64,000 nucleotides of DNA, taken from positions 55,006 through 119,005 of the forward strand of contig JBOEGD010000002.1 of the NCBI GenBank assembly GCA_050633245.1. The letters are read 5' to 3'. The position numbers and the translations under genes are program-made. Position 1 is the first letter of the stretch; each line of letters begins with the position of its first letter. Positions 37,212-50,367 of this stretch are shown here, piece by piece. Origin of the DNA: Calditrichia bacterium (GTDB lineage Bacteria > Calditrichota > Calditrichia > RBG-13-44-9 > J075). The notes under the pieces are model-generated. The model saw nothing but the letters and a program-made list of their open reading frames with translations. It ran no database searches and had not been told where the DNA came from.

Positions 37212-38192
37212 CTAAACTATCCCTGCTCGCATAATATCATGCAAATGGATTACACCGACCAGCTTTTCCTGATCATTTATAACCGGTACCGCCAGAATTC
37301 GATGTTCTTCCATCTTTTTATATACGGTATAGGCTAATGTGTCTTCATACGTCATTTTGGGATCAGAGTTCATTACTTCTGAAACGGGCACGGCAAAAAA
37401 ATGTTCGGTCTGCTGTACCAGTCTGTTCAGGTCACCATTGGTAACAATACCGCTAATTGAATTTTCAGTATCGGCAACCACACAAATACCGCGTTTGGAA
37501 GCCAATTCGAGCACTGCTTCCTTCATAGTTGCATTTGGCAATACCCGGGGAATTTGTTCACCAGTCTCCATCAGGTCTTTTACCCGTATCAATAATCGTT
37601 TGCCGAGCGTGCCGGCGGGATGTAAAAAAGCAAAGTCTTCACGACTAAACTTGCGTTTTTCAAGTAAAGCGATAGCGAGCGCGTCTCCCAACACCAGCAT
37701 GGCAGTCGTGCTGGTCGTCGGCGCCAAATCATGTGGGCACGCTTCCTCACGATTGCCTATTGGTAAGACCAGATCGCTATGTTTTGCAAGGGCAGATTCG
37801 TTATTCGCGGTTATGGAAATAATTGGAACGCCTATCCGTTTAAAAACAGGCATGAGGTTCACAAGCTCATCGGAATTGCCGCTTTTTGACAAGCAGACAA
37901 TCACATCATCGCGATGGATCATTCCAAGATCACCATGAACACCTTCTACAGCATGAAGAAAGTAAGCCGTCGTGCCGGTCGATGCCAGGGTGGCGGCGAT
38001 CTTTCGTCCTATCGCACCAGACTTGCCTAAGCCGGTAACAATGACTCGGCCACTGCGATTATAAATCATCTCTACAGCTTCCACAAAAGACTCATCGAGT
38101 TCATCCAACAGCTGCTGAACACCGGCAAGCTCCAGCTCTACGACCTTTCGGGCAATAGCCAGACTGTTGTTTTTCTCTAATGATACGGACAT
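37212..38192 (-). CDS. kdsD: Arabinose-5-phosphate isomerase (KpsF/GutQ; SIS + CBS); start 38192 or 38213
   Basis: TGLGKSGAIG, EGVHGDLGM, APTTSTTAML..GDALA and HPAGTLG. Confidence 0.95.
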   Translation of the reverse strand: MSVSLEKNNSLAIARKVVELELAGVQQLLDELDESFVEAVEMIYNRSGRVIVTGLGKSGAIGRKIAATLASTGTTAYFLHAVEGVHGDLGMIHRDDVIVCLSKSGNSDELVNLMPVFKRIGVPIISITANNESALAKHSDLVLPIGNREEACPHDLAPTTSTTAMLVLGDALAIALLEKRKFSREDFAFLHPAGTLGKRLLIRVKDLMETGEQIPRVLPNATMKEAVLELASKRGICVVADTENSISGIVTNGDLNRLVQQTEHFFAVPVSEVMNSDPKMTYEDTLAYTVYKKMEEHRILAVPVINDQEKLVGVIHLHDIMRAGIV

Positions 38193-38217
38193 CTGCTGTT
38201 TCTCCGGTTCCATAGTT

Positions 38218-38781
38218 TCAGGATACATCTGATAGCGTTGCCAGTAAATGTTCTAACGCACTATCGAGTTTATTCTGTGCATTAAGAATAAATTCCATAG
38301 TTTCACGAACCACACCCATTCCACCGGAACGGCGGGTAAGTGCGTGTGCGGCCTGCTTTGTTTGCAACGACGCATTCGGCACGGCAACAGCTAATCCAAC
38401 CTGTCGCAAAACGGGGATATCGGCGATATCATCGCCTATGTAACATACATTTTCACTGGATAGCTGAAGGAGTTCACGAAGCTCATCATAGGCATTGGCT
38501 TTATCATATCGACCAATAAAGACGTGATCAATCTTCAACCAGTCCGCACGACGTTGAATAGCAGAGCTGGTGCTGGCTGAAATAATAGCTGTCTTCAGCC
38601 CGGCCTCTCTGGCGAGCTTTATGGCAAAGCCATCATGCGCATCAAATTGTTTTGACTCATCGCCCTGGTTAAGGTAGACGATTTCCCCTTTGGAGAACAC
38701 ACCATCCACATCAAATACCAAAGCGGCAATATTCTGCGCGCGACGAAATAACTCAGAGCTGTCTTTAAGTTGCGATATCAT
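38218..38781 (-). CDS. kdsC: KDO-8-phosphate phosphatase (HAD)
   Basis: FDVDGV, F..HDG and YIGDDIAD motifs, in a kds operon context. Confidence 0.92.
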   Translation of the reverse strand: MISQLKDSSELFRRAQNIAALVFDVDGVFSKGEIVYLNQGDESKQFDAHDGFAIKLAREAGLKTAIISASTSSAIQRRADWLKIDHVFIGRYDKANAYDELRELLQLSSENVCYIGDDIADIPVLRQVGLAVAVPNASLQTKQAAHALTRRSGGMGVVRETMEFILNAQNKLDSALEHLLATLSDVS

Positions 38782-39611
38782 GCCTTGCCTAGCTCCTGAG
38801 CCGTCTGGTAAATGTGTAGCAGCTGCCTTAAAGCCTCGGGAACGCTTTCCAGCTTAAGCTGAGATCCTGCATCGCTGAGTGCCTTTGAAGGATCGGGGTG
38901 CGCTTCCATAAATACGCCGTTCACTGCACCGGTAGCAAGAGCAGATCGGGCAAGAGTCAAAATAAATTCTGGTCTGCCACCACTGGTAGACGACTTGCCA
39001 CCCGGTATTTGAACACTATGGGTCGCATCATAAACTACTGGACAACCTGAAGCTGCCATTGTAATTAATCCACGCATATCAACAACCAAATCACTATAGC
39101 CAAAAGTGGTGCCGCGTTCAGTTAACATAACAGAATTGTTGCCGGTAGACTTCACCTTCTCCGCAGCGTGATGCATTCCTTCCGGTGAAAGAAATTGGCC
39201 TTTTTTAATGTTTACCACGCAGCCACTCTCCCCTGCTGCGACCAGGAGATCTGTTTGACGACAAAGAAAAGCCGGAATTTGCAAAACATCGACCACATCG
39301 GCAACCGCGGCTATTTCCGGAGCTGTGTGAACATCTGTTAGAACAGGCACATTAAATGTCTCGCGAACCTTGCGTAAAATGCCCAGCGCCTCATCGAACG
39401 GCAATCCGGTAAAGCCGTGCACTGATGTGCGATTTGCTTTTTTATATGAGGACTTAAAAACCAGCTGAACCGGTAAATTTTCCGTTGCGCGAAGCAGCGC
39501 TTCCGCGGTTTCCATTACCAAAGCCTCGTTCTCTATAACGCAGGGGCCGGCAATAAAGAGAAGTTTCTCCCCCGGACCTACGCGATAGTCTGAGAATGTT
39601 ACGACAGCCAT
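38778..39611 (-). CDS. kdsA: KDO-8-phosphate synthase
   Basis: AGPCVIE, KANRTS, QIPAFLCRQTDL, KKGQF, ERG and DATHSVQ. Confidence 0.98.
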   Translation of the reverse strand: MAVVTFSDYRVGPGEKLLFIAGPCVIENEALVMETAEALLRATENLPVQLVFKSSYKKANRTSVHGFTGLPFDEALGILRKVRETFNVPVLTDVHTAPEIAAVADVVDVLQIPAFLCRQTDLLVAAGESGCVVNIKKGQFLSPEGMHHAAEKVKSTGNNSVMLTERGTTFGYSDLVVDMRGLITMAASGCPVVYDATHSVQIPGGKSSTSGGRPEFILTLARSALATGAVNGVFMEAHPDPSKALSDAGSQLKLESVPEALRQLLHIYQTAQELGKA

Positions 39612-41991
<2,380 letters not shown>

Positions 41992-41995
<4 letters not shown>

Positions 41996-42279
41996 TTAAT
42001 TACCTTTGGCACCTTAAAGAAGCCCTTCTCCTTTGCCGGTGCATTTTTTAGAGCTGTTTCTTGACTAAACGAGCTCTCAACAACATCTTCACGAAGAACA
42101 TTTGTGATCTCAGAAGGATGGCTAAGCGGCTCCACATTGTCTGTATTCACAGTCTTAAGCTGCTCGATATAGCCAATTATAGAAGACAGTTCTTCAGACA
42201 GCTGCTGCTTCTCCTTATCGTCAAAAGAAAGTCGCGCCAGACTGGCAATGTGTTCAACTTGTTTTAAAGAAACACTCAT
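41992..42279 (-). CDS. gatC: Asp/Glu-tRNA amidotransferase subunit C
   Basis: HIASLARL, VNTDNVEPL and NAP.....FFKVPKVI. Start at ATG 42279 after GGAG. Confidence 0.95.
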
Positions 42280-42442
42280 TTTATCTCCTGAACAAAAATA
42301 ACTGCAAAAAGTAAGCATTTGAAGTAGCAAAAACAACAGCTAATACCGAAAGAAGTGTGGGAGTTTTTAGGCTGAAAGTAAAAAAGGAAGGATAAAAACA
42401 CGGCGCGCCAGATTTGCGCGCCGAAACATCATTTGGCGCGCG

Positions 42443-43360
42443 CTACTTTGTCATATCATTCAAAAAGAAGTTCACCGGATTCAAGTGCTTGCCGTTATAA
42501 AGCAGCTCGTAATGCAGGTGCGAAGAAGTAGACAGTCCGGTGCTTCCAACCTCACCAATCTTGTCTCCACGACGTACAAACTGTCCGTTTCGCACATAAA
42601 TCTTATTGAGGTGACCATAACAGGTTTCGAAGCCATATTTGTGATTGATCTTCACATAGTTTCCGTAACCGCCATTACGTCCAGCTGAGACAATAAAACC
42701 ATCGGCAGGCGCAATAATAGGTGTACCGCGCGTCGCGGCCATATCCACACCACGGTGAAAGTGCATACGCTTGCGGATTGGATGGCGTCGATTACCGAAG
42801 CCACTGGAAATGTACGCTTCAACAACCGGCTTTAGGCAAGGTAGGTAGCGCAGAGAGTCTTGCTGACGCTCAACGGTAGTGAGTAGCTTCTGATAGCTTG
42901 CTTTTTCGAGGCGAATTTCACGCTCAATTTTTTCCAGCACGTTCAGATTCTCAATCAGATCATTACCAAAAGAAAGCTCTCCCAGCTCCATGTCGGAGGT
43001 TGTAGAGAGATTGGTTCCTCCAATTCCTACCTGACGAACATCAGATGCGATAGGAGGCAAATCCAGCATGGAACGAATAAGATCATCTTTATCTTCAATT
43101 ACGTCAATACTGCTGCGGATATCGGCGATCGAACCGCTAATGCGCTCGAGTTCCGACTTCAACGTCATGTTTTCTTTCTTTAATTGGGTTATTTGAGAAT
43201 TTTGGGTAAAGTTTACGCCAAAAGCGACCGAATATCTAAAGAAGATAATCATTAGAACGGCCAGAACCCCTAAAATCGCAGCAATAAAACGAAAAGAAAC
43301 GTTAAACTCTTTTACATCAGAGGTCTTCTGATTGATGTATATTAACTTTTTCTTCTCCAT
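42443..43360 (-). CDS. M23 family metallopeptidase with N-terminal TM and coiled coil
   Basis: HRGVD, YGH and STSSHLHYE zinc motifs. Confidence 0.92.
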   Translation of the reverse strand: MEKKKLIYINQKTSDVKEFNVSFRFIAAILGVLAVLMIIFFRYSVAFGVNFTQNSQITQLKKENMTLKSELERISGSIADIRSSIDVIEDKDDLIRSMLDLPPIASDVRQVGIGGTNLSTTSDMELGELSFGNDLIENLNVLEKIEREIRLEKASYQKLLTTVERQQDSLRYLPCLKPVVEAYISSGFGNRRHPIRKRMHFHRGVDMAATRGTPIIAPADGFIVSAGRNGGYGNYVKINHKYGFETCYGHLNKIYVRNGQFVRRGDKIGEVGSTGLSTSSHLHYELLYNGKHLNPVNFFLNDMTK

Positions 43361-43610
43361 TAGAACGAATCCCCAGACCTTATCTTTTTTGTGCTGTGTT
43401 CCTGTGTTCCAGGTCACATTGTGAATAAAGTAACCTTCAAAAAATTCTTTGTCAATAGCTAATCATAGAATAGCTAAATATTTTACTCTCATAATGCTTT
43501 ATATCTAAATAAATTAAGCGCAGTTACGTCGTGCCGCCTGTCTTAGAATTTAAATAAATTAATTTAATTTTGAGAAAAAAAGAACATGTAAGTGCATGGT
43601 AGACTTCTGC

Positions 43611-44009
43611 TTACTGAAACAGTGCCTTAATGCTCCCCCATGTTTTTGAGAAACTACTGATATTCGGAATGACGGAAATCGGATCGGTTAGCTGGACAGT
43701 GCCATCGGTGTTTTCAATGCGTAGGCGATAATAATAAACTGAATAAACGTTACTAAGATTTTCATCTACATACTCATATTGACTATCGCTTCCGGTTGCC
43801 GAAACATTACCGAGGCGAGTAAAGTCCTGTTCATTCAAACCACGCTCAACAACATATTGCCCAACGTTGTCTTCAGTGCCAGTTGTCCATCGCAACGTAA
43901 TTTTATTGCGATCGGGTTCAGCACTGAACTCAACAATTACGGCATCCGCAAGAACGGAAAGCGTAAAAAGAAGTAAACAAAGAGGTATTAGTCGTTTAGT
44001 CAATTTCAT
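43611..44009 (-). CDS. Small secreted Ig/FN3-like protein with C-terminal TWGSIKALF motif
   Basis: Signal peptide, TLRWTT..E.N...Y.VER and Y.YVD....YYYRL strands. Confidence 0.75.
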   Translation of the reverse strand: MKLTKRLIPLCLLLFTLSVLADAVIVEFSAEPDRNKITLRWTTGTEDNVGQYVVERGLNEQDFTRLGNVSATGSDSQYEYVDENLSNVYSVYYYRLRIENTDGTVQLTDPISVIPNISSFSKTWGSIKALFQ

Positions 44010-44105
44010 TATCTTTATTCGTTAAAGCATTATTTCTACAGTAATTATCACCATCGGCAGCGCTCGTCTGTACTGTAGAGTGGCTTAAACTTACTATTTT
44101 CTATT

Positions 44106-46769
44106 CTAAAAGTCAAACCCTAATGAAAAGTAAAGTTGATTGCGTTTTCCAACTAATCTTGAATAGGATAACTCAAGAGGACCTAATAAGGAATTAATGA
44201 CCAACGACCCCGAAAAAGAATGCAGAAAGTCTGTGCGAAGTATACGGTCATCCGGCCTGCGCCAGGCAGCCCCCAGCGCATAATTAGCGATAACAAATGT
44301 TTCGAATGGCAGGTTCAAAGACGGCGTATAGCGTATGTCTACTCCACCTTGCACAAACTGACGACCAAACAATTCATGTTCCACGAGCCCGCGAAAGTTC
44401 TGTCTCCCTCCCAGAAAGAAAAACTCGGAAAATGGCAGCGTGAGATCCGCACTTCCAGCCCGGAAATAGGGGTGATAGTTAAATCGTTCCCAAAATGGAT
44501 AGTACCCTTCCAATCCAACAAAGATTTTACTGAAGGACGTCGTACTGCCCAACAGACTCTGATTACCGGTTTCCCAGGACCAGCGATTGTAAATTCCCTT
44601 TGTTGGAAAAGGCAGGCGATCTCGCTTATCAACAACCGACCTCAACGTAAAGGTGCGAAGCCTGAAGTCCGCGCGATTGGGTAAAGGCGCCTGATCCGGC
44701 TCAACATTAATACTTTCCAACCTGAGCTCGGCCGAGATTAGACCAAGCCGATCTATTTGCTGACCAATCGAAAAACGCCCGCCGCGTCTGGTTAGCAAAT
44801 AATCGTTTTGACGCTCGAAATTCTCATAGATGCGATCAATTCGCTCTTTGTAGTAAAAACGGGCCTCGGCAGTAAAGAAGCTGCGAAAGAGTCTAACCGT
44901 GTAAAAACGAGCTTCCCAGGAACGCTGAAAGTCGCCAATTGAGCCAAACAGTGATGCCTTTGTTGCGGTGCCGAGAAAGTTGTCTCCAACCAGTTCTGCA
45001 AACGCGTCACTTTTTCGATCCAGAGAGTAGTTCGCACCAAGGCGTGTGAGAAGATAGCGACGCTCTTTTACTGCCAGCGTAAGCCGTTTTGTACCGTTCT
45101 GGGAGTCTAACTGCATCGTTACACGATGAAACAGACTTGTTCCGTAGATGTTTTTTATTCCACGCAGTGCCGGCTTTGCACGAAAGACCGCTCCTTTTAC
45201 CAAAGGGAATTCGCGAAGCACAACAAAGTCGCGGGTAACATCGTTGCCGGTAACAATAATTTCGTCTATAATTCCTTCGTCTATACGAATGTAAAGCTCT
45301 CCGCTCTCTCTGTTAAATCTTAGCTCCTCAAAGGTCGTAAACGAATAGCCTCGACCCACTAAATATCGCTGCAGTAACTCCAGTCGTTTTTTCACCGTCG
45401 GCATGTGTAAACGTTTTCCGGCCAAGAACTCCGTTGTTTCTTTTAATAGCGAATCCGGCAGATAGCCATTGTGTCGGTAGCGCACCGTTTTGACCTTAGG
45501 AAATGGATGCAGCACCAACTCAACCGCCACCACATTGCTATCGCGCGTGACGCGTGCGAATACATCTTCCAGAAAGCCGCTGCCATCAAGAGTTCGTAAA
45601 TCTTCCAGGACAGTTGACTGCGAAAAGGCTTCCCCCACCCTGAGCTTCAAATTTGAACGCAGCGCAGCAAAAAGCGAATCCGCACCGCCATTACACCGCA
45701 GCTCTGCAACCGTGCCGGCAACATTCTGTTTCTTCACCTCATCATAAACGGGAACGGCGGTTCGTATGTCATCAATTTGTCTCACCGTTGCCTCATACCC
45801 AATGCGAATCAGCGAGTCGACAGCACCAAAGCTGCCGGATTTGTACTGGGCAAAATCAGGACGAATAACTATTGCAGCAGCATTCCGACTCACTTCAGTC
45901 GGCTCGTTCATCATAATTGAGGTGACCTGATCAGCAATTTGCCAGGGAAGCGCAATATCCTTTGCGCTGCGAAGGTCAGAAGTAGCATCGACGGCAATAA
46001 CGCGATCGGCGCCCTCTTCAAGGGCAGCTAAAACAGGCAGGTTCTCGCTAATACCGCCATCAACCAGCAGCTGACCGTTCATTGCAACCGGTGCAAAGAG
46101 CAGAGGAAAGGCCAAACTGGCATTGATCGCTTCTGCAACGTTTCCATGCGAAATGACGGCCTTTTCACCTGTTATCAGGTTTGTTGCAACCGCGCGAAAT
46201 GGGATACGCAAGTCGTCAAAATTCTCAATCGCCTGAAACTCTGCATTCAATACACGATTATAGAGCGTTTGGAATATTTGCTGTCCATGAGAAATCGAGG
46301 AAGGGATTTCCGGCGCCAACCCCGCCAGGCGAACCTGAATTAAATGTCGTCTTGGAATACTTTTTTGAGAAAGAAACTGCTGCTCGCGAAAAGTCTGGTC
46401 GGCAAAAATTTCCTCCCAGTTTATTTTTGAAGCCAACTGCTGAATCTCTTCGGGTGAATAACCAGCCGCATAAAGACCGCCGATAATGCTTCCCATACTG
46501 GTTCCAACGATCATGTCGACAGGGATATTGTATTCCTCTAAAGCAAGCAGAACACCGACATGCACAAATCCTCTGGCTCCCCCACCACTTAAGGCTAACG
46601 CAAGACGCTTCTTTTGTGGTGAATGATAGTTCAAACCTTCTATATGAGGGTGGGGTTTTGCATCGCGTTCCAGATGAATTTCAAATGTGGTAGAATCGGC
46701 AAAAAGCGAGGGTGTTGTGAGTACCACAAACAGGGTAATAAAAAGATTGGTGATTGGCAGTCGCTTCAT
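44106..46769 (-). CDS. Patatin-like phospholipase - POTRA - Omp85/BamA barrel (PlpD-like, type Vd)
   Basis: LSGGGARG, GTSMG and DGG motifs. POTRA (GNDVTRDFVVLRE), FFLGG..FRG and C-terminal YFSLGFDF. Confidence 0.9.
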   Translation of the reverse strand: MKRLPITNLFITLFVVLTTPSLFADSTTFEIHLERDAKPHPHIEGLNYHSPQKKRLALALSGGGARGFVHVGVLLALEEYNIPVDMIVGTSMGSIIGGLYAAGYSPEEIQQLASKINWEEIFADQTFREQQFLSQKSIPRRHLIQVRLAGLAPEIPSSISHGQQIFQTLYNRVLNAEFQAIENFDDLRIPFRAVATNLITGEKAVISHGNVAEAINASLAFPLLFAPVAMNGQLLVDGGISENLPVLAALEEGADRVIAVDATSDLRSAKDIALPWQIADQVTSIMMNEPTEVSRNAAAIVIRPDFAQYKSGSFGAVDSLIRIGYEATVRQIDDIRTAVPVYDEVKKQNVAGTVAELRCNGGADSLFAALRSNLKLRVGEAFSQSTVLEDLRTLDGSGFLEDVFARVTRDSNVVAVELVLHPFPKVKTVRYRHNGYLPDSLLKETTEFLAGKRLHMPTVKKRLELLQRYLVGRGYSFTTFEELRFNRESGELYIRIDEGIIDEIIVTGNDVTRDFVVLREFPLVKGAVFRAKPALRGIKNIYGTSLFHRVTMQLDSQNGTKRLTLAVKERRYLLTRLGANYSLDRKSDAFAELVGDNFLGTATKASLFGSIGDFQRSWEARFYTVRLFRSFFTAEARFYYKERIDRIYENFERQNDYLLTRRGGRFSIGQQIDRLGLISAELRLESINVEPDQAPLPNRADFRLRTFTLRSVVDKRDRLPFPTKGIYNRWSWETGNQSLLGSTTSFSKIFVGLEGYYPFWERFNYHPYFRAGSADLTLPFSEFFFLGGRQNFRGLVEHELFGRQFVQGGVDIRYTPSLNLPFETFVIANYALGAAWRRPDDRILRTDFLHSFSGSLVINSLLGPLELSYSRLVGKRNQLYFSLGFDF

Positions 46770-46871
46770 ATCGGGGGATTTCGTTTCTCCGGGAAGCAAT
46801 ATAGACAGGTGAGAAAGTGAATTCAACCAGAGAGTTGTATTGATTTACAGCGGGAGGATTGCAATCCGGTA

Positions 46872-49800
46872 TTAGTTTTCCGCCTGCGGCTGTCGGGAAA
46901 GCAGTTCGTAGTACGCCTTAATATACTCTTTGTATTCGGCAGAATAGCCTTCCTTCAGCGCATCCAGCATTTCCTTGCGCAATTTATTCTCGCGCTCCAG
47001 CAAATCTCGTTTGATGGACGGAGGCGACTTCGCCAGTTTGGTATCTTCGCGCTGGGACTGACGCTTCTGTGAATACTCTTTTTCACGCATCGATTTTTGA
47101 GCATCCAGCATGCGAGATAATATACGCTGCTGTCTTTGAATAACCGTTTGATCTACATTCTGGCGATTGAGCTGATCGATGATTTTCTCCATCTCTTTGC
47201 CCATTTCACCCAGACGTCCCAGCACATCTCCCTGACGCCCCATTTTTTGATTCAACGATTCGAGACTCTTCTTTATCATTCCCTGTTGAGCAGCCATGCG
47301 CCCCATAGCGTCAGGAGAAGGCTTCTGACCCTGCCCCTGCTTTTGAAACATGCTCATAGACTGCTGATTGAGCTGCCCCTGCTGACCGGCCATTTGCTGC
47401 ATTTGCTGCATAAACTGCTCAAATCCGGTTCCGGAACCGGACTGCGACAGCTGCTGCATCGATCCCTGCATACTCATTATGGCCTGATTCACGTCGCCCA
47501 TTGCCTTCATCTGGGAACGACCCGCCGAACGCGTGTTGCGATTCTCAAGGCTTTTCAGAGCATTATCCATATTTTCCATCATTGAGGAAATCAACTTGCT
47601 CATATCAGGTGAAATAAAGAAGGTTTCTTTCGACAGGTCGATTAATTCCTTCACAACATTGTTCAGGTTCTCGCGCTGCTGAGACTGATTGCGAGCAATA
47701 TCGGTAATGGATTCAGACGCCATGTCGGCATTTTGAGAACGTTGCGCCAGTTTCTCCTGCTGAAAAGACGTATTCAGTAAATCTTGTTGAATCTTCTGCA
47801 TGGCCTGCATAATCTGCTGCTTTTCCTGCTGATTCATCTCCTGCTGACTCTGCTGCATCTTGCTTTGCAGCATCTCAAGGTTCTTTTGTACATCCTTGCC
47901 TTTCTCCTTAGCCTGCTTCATATCCCCCTGCTGCATCTGCTGCTGCATTTGCTCCATTTGTTGTGGCACCTGCTGCTGCTCCATAAACTCGCCGGCTTCC
48001 TGAAGTTTCTCGGAGATATCAGCCATATCCTGCTTGAACTCTTCGCTGGTTTGCTCCAGCTTTTCGGAAAGATTTTCGGCATTCTCTTTCAGAGCTTCTT
48101 CTTTACGGGCAAGCTGCTCCTGCTGAGCTTTGTCGACATCTTCCTTACTCAATTGCTCGTTAATTTCTTTTTGCTCTTCCAACAGGCTCTCAGCCTGTTT
48201 AACCAGCTCATCCATTTTCTGTTCTTGCTGGATTTTCTTAAAGATTTCAAAGGTGCGTTCCACGCGGGACTCAAATTCATCTACCGAGAACTCAAATTGC
48301 TCCATCGCCTGCTTCATTTGCTCCATATCCTGATTCTGCATGGCTTCTTCAATTTGCTTCATCGCCTCGAGCAGCTCGGGCGTGGCGAGTTCCTCGAACA
48401 TCTTTTGAACTTCCATGTACTTTTCGAGAGTTTCCGGACTCAGCATATCGTTCTGATCCATCTTCTCGACCATCTCAGATAGCTCCTGCTGAATTTCATC
48501 CAGCTTTTCAAACGATTCTTTTTGCTGATCGAGCTGCTCCTGGATTTCCTGCTTACGTTCCCAGGAAAGTTCATCTTCTTTGAGCATCTCGCGATTGATC
48601 TCTTCCAGCTTTTCCTTTAGTTCTTCGGTGTCTTTACGAACTTCGTCCGTTTCATCAAGCTTCTCAGAAAGCACTTCTTCCGCTTCATCAAAAACATCGA
48701 GGACAGAAGGAAGGCGAATAATAAACGTTTTGCTTCGCGCACTTTTTGGCCCGGTTATGCGATCGTTATCCCGCACTTCGGCATAATATTCAATATAATC
48801 GTCAGGGATCAGATAGAAGTCGTAGAGGTTCCACTTGTAATCAGAAATAGCGCGATTGCGATCCAAACGCTGTAGCGGCAACTTTACAGAGAAGTTTGCG
48901 GTATCACCTGCGGATCCGGCCCGAACATGCCGTCCATTCAGCGTCAAACGGCTAAAGCCATAATCGTCTCGCAAATTCACCAAAATCGGCACATCGATCT
49001 CATCGCCAAGATCAAGATCTTTGCCCGGTTCACTAATCTCTACATAAGGCGCTTCATCGCGAAGCGCAAAGACGGCATAGCTCACCGGCTGATAATTGGA
49101 AATCGCTTCCTGATCTTCAATGCGAATTTGATACTGCACATCTTCACGCACGGTAAATTCAGCCGTGGCCTGATTCGAACGTATGGTAAGTGGCAAGCGC
49201 GCAGAATCGCTGAATTCCAGCCACGCTTTGCCCAGAGATTTATTTGCCGTTACCTCAATGGCGACCTGAGTACCAACAAGTGCTGTAACCTCACCGTCGT
49301 TCGGCGCGAGTAATTCATCCTCCTGTCGGGTGTAGGCTGGAAAACTCAACTTCGCCTGCAGCTCACGAATATGCGGGCGCTCTTTTACCTCAATTTCTGC
49401 GGTATCGCTTACCGCCATGCGATTACGAAAAGCAGCGACATCGACCTGTCCTTCAAACCAATAGCGAAAGTTGCTTCGCACAAAATTCATCTCATAAGAA
49501 AAGCGATTTCCCGCCTGGGCGGGTATCTCCATTCTTTCCTGCGACATCGAATCTGCATCGGCATGCAGCGTTTCAACTACCGCCCAAAGTTTGGCCGGCC
49601 GCAGCCCCTCGTATGATCCACCAAGCTGAACCGGCTCATTTTTCAGAACAGACTTATCACCGCTTTGATTGACAAGCGTTACCGGGAGGGTCATTTCAAA
49701 ATTTTTAGTCGGCTGTAGCACCTTGAGCATAGAGCGGCTTATGGAAGAGGGAAATGCCATAAAGAGTAACAGAAAAGCAGTGAGCAACATGCCAAGCCTC

Positions 49801-50285
49801 GCAAGGGGGCGAAGCAGCTCGTCTGTTGAGAGGATGGATGAAAAATCACTACCGTCAATTTTGTCGTGGAGCTGAGCCAGCGAACGATTCTTAAAAGGAT
49901 CGGGAGAGCTACTTTCCCGATCGCTGTATATCTGTAGAAAGTTAACCAGCGCATCACTAACCGAAACGTTTTCGCGGCCAATTTTTCTGGAGGTGTCATA
50001 CAAATCGTTTTCGGCGGGACGAAAGGCTTTCCGGAGCATCGGGAGGAGATAGCGATACCCAACATATCCCAAGGCAAGCGCAGACAACACCCAAAAGCTA
50101 AAACGCAGAGCAACGGGAAATTCTACCAACATTCCGGTAAGCGTGTAAGCAAGTAAAAGTGCCAGACAGCCAAACAGAAACCAAAGCGCCGCCGTTCCTG
50201 CCTTCAACAAATAGAAGGCGCGATTGGCAGACAAGAGCTTCTTTTTCACCTGGTGAAATAGGTTTGTTAATTGTTCTGGCGGCAT
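46872..50285 (-). CDS. DUF4175-like large membrane protein with Gln/Met-rich coiled coil
   Basis: Three TM segments, DDYG.S.L, EVRDND...GPK..RS, RQQRILSRMLDAQKS and C-terminal Y...IKAYYE. Confidence 0.82.
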   Translation of the reverse strand: MPPEQLTNLFHQVKKKLLSANRAFYLLKAGTAALWFLFGCLALLLAYTLTGMLVEFPVALRFSFWVLSALALGYVGYRYLLPMLRKAFRPAENDLYDTSRKIGRENVSVSDALVNFLQIYSDRESSSPDPFKNRSLAQLHDKIDGSDFSSILSTDELLRPLARLGMLLTAFLLLFMAFPSSISRSMLKVLQPTKNFEMTLPVTLVNQSGDKSVLKNEPVQLGGSYEGLRPAKLWAVVETLHADADSMSQERMEIPAQAGNRFSYEMNFVRSNFRYWFEGQVDVAAFRNRMAVSDTAEIEVKERPHIRELQAKLSFPAYTRQEDELLAPNDGEVTALVGTQVAIEVTANKSLGKAWLEFSDSARLPLTIRSNQATAEFTVREDVQYQIRIEDQEAISNYQPVSYAVFALRDEAPYVEISEPGKDLDLGDEIDVPILVNLRDDYGFSRLTLNGRHVRAGSAGDTANFSVKLPLQRLDRNRAISDYKWNLYDFYLIPDDYIEYYAEVRDNDRITGPKSARSKTFIIRLPSVLDVFDEAEEVLSEKLDETDEVRKDTEELKEKLEEINREMLKEDELSWERKQEIQEQLDQQKESFEKLDEIQQELSEMVEKMDQNDMLSPETLEKYMEVQKMFEELATPELLEAMKQIEEAMQNQDMEQMKQAMEQFEFSVDEFESRVERTFEIFKKIQQEQKMDELVKQAESLLEEQKEINEQLSKEDVDKAQQEQLARKEEALKENAENLSEKLEQTSEEFKQDMADISEKLQEAGEFMEQQQVPQQMEQMQQQMQQGDMKQAKEKGKDVQKNLEMLQSKMQQSQQEMNQQEKQQIMQAMQKIQQDLLNTSFQQEKLAQRSQNADMASESITDIARNQSQQRENLNNVVKELIDLSKETFFISPDMSKLISSMMENMDNALKSLENRNTRSAGRSQMKAMGDVNQAIMSMQGSMQQLSQSGSGTGFEQFMQQMQQMAGQQGQLNQQSMSMFQKQGQGQKPSPDAMGRMAAQQGMIKKSLESLNQKMGRQGDVLGRLGEMGKEMEKIIDQLNRQNVDQTVIQRQQRILSRMLDAQKSMREKEYSQKRQSQREDTKLAKSPPSIKRDLLERENKLRKEMLDALKEGYSAEYKEYIKAYYELLSRQPQAEN

Positions 50286-50367
50286 GGGTTTTCTCTATTT
50301 TTAACTGATTGCGAGTAGTAAGAGGCGAGTAGCAAGTAAATAATTTTTGCTTTTTGCTTCTTCTCGA

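Noticed and set aside
47100-48700. Gln/Met-rich low-complexity stretch and long antisense Leu/His-rich ORFs
   Set aside because: Normal coiled-coil composition of DUF4175-like proteins. The antisense ORFs are shadows of its codon bias.
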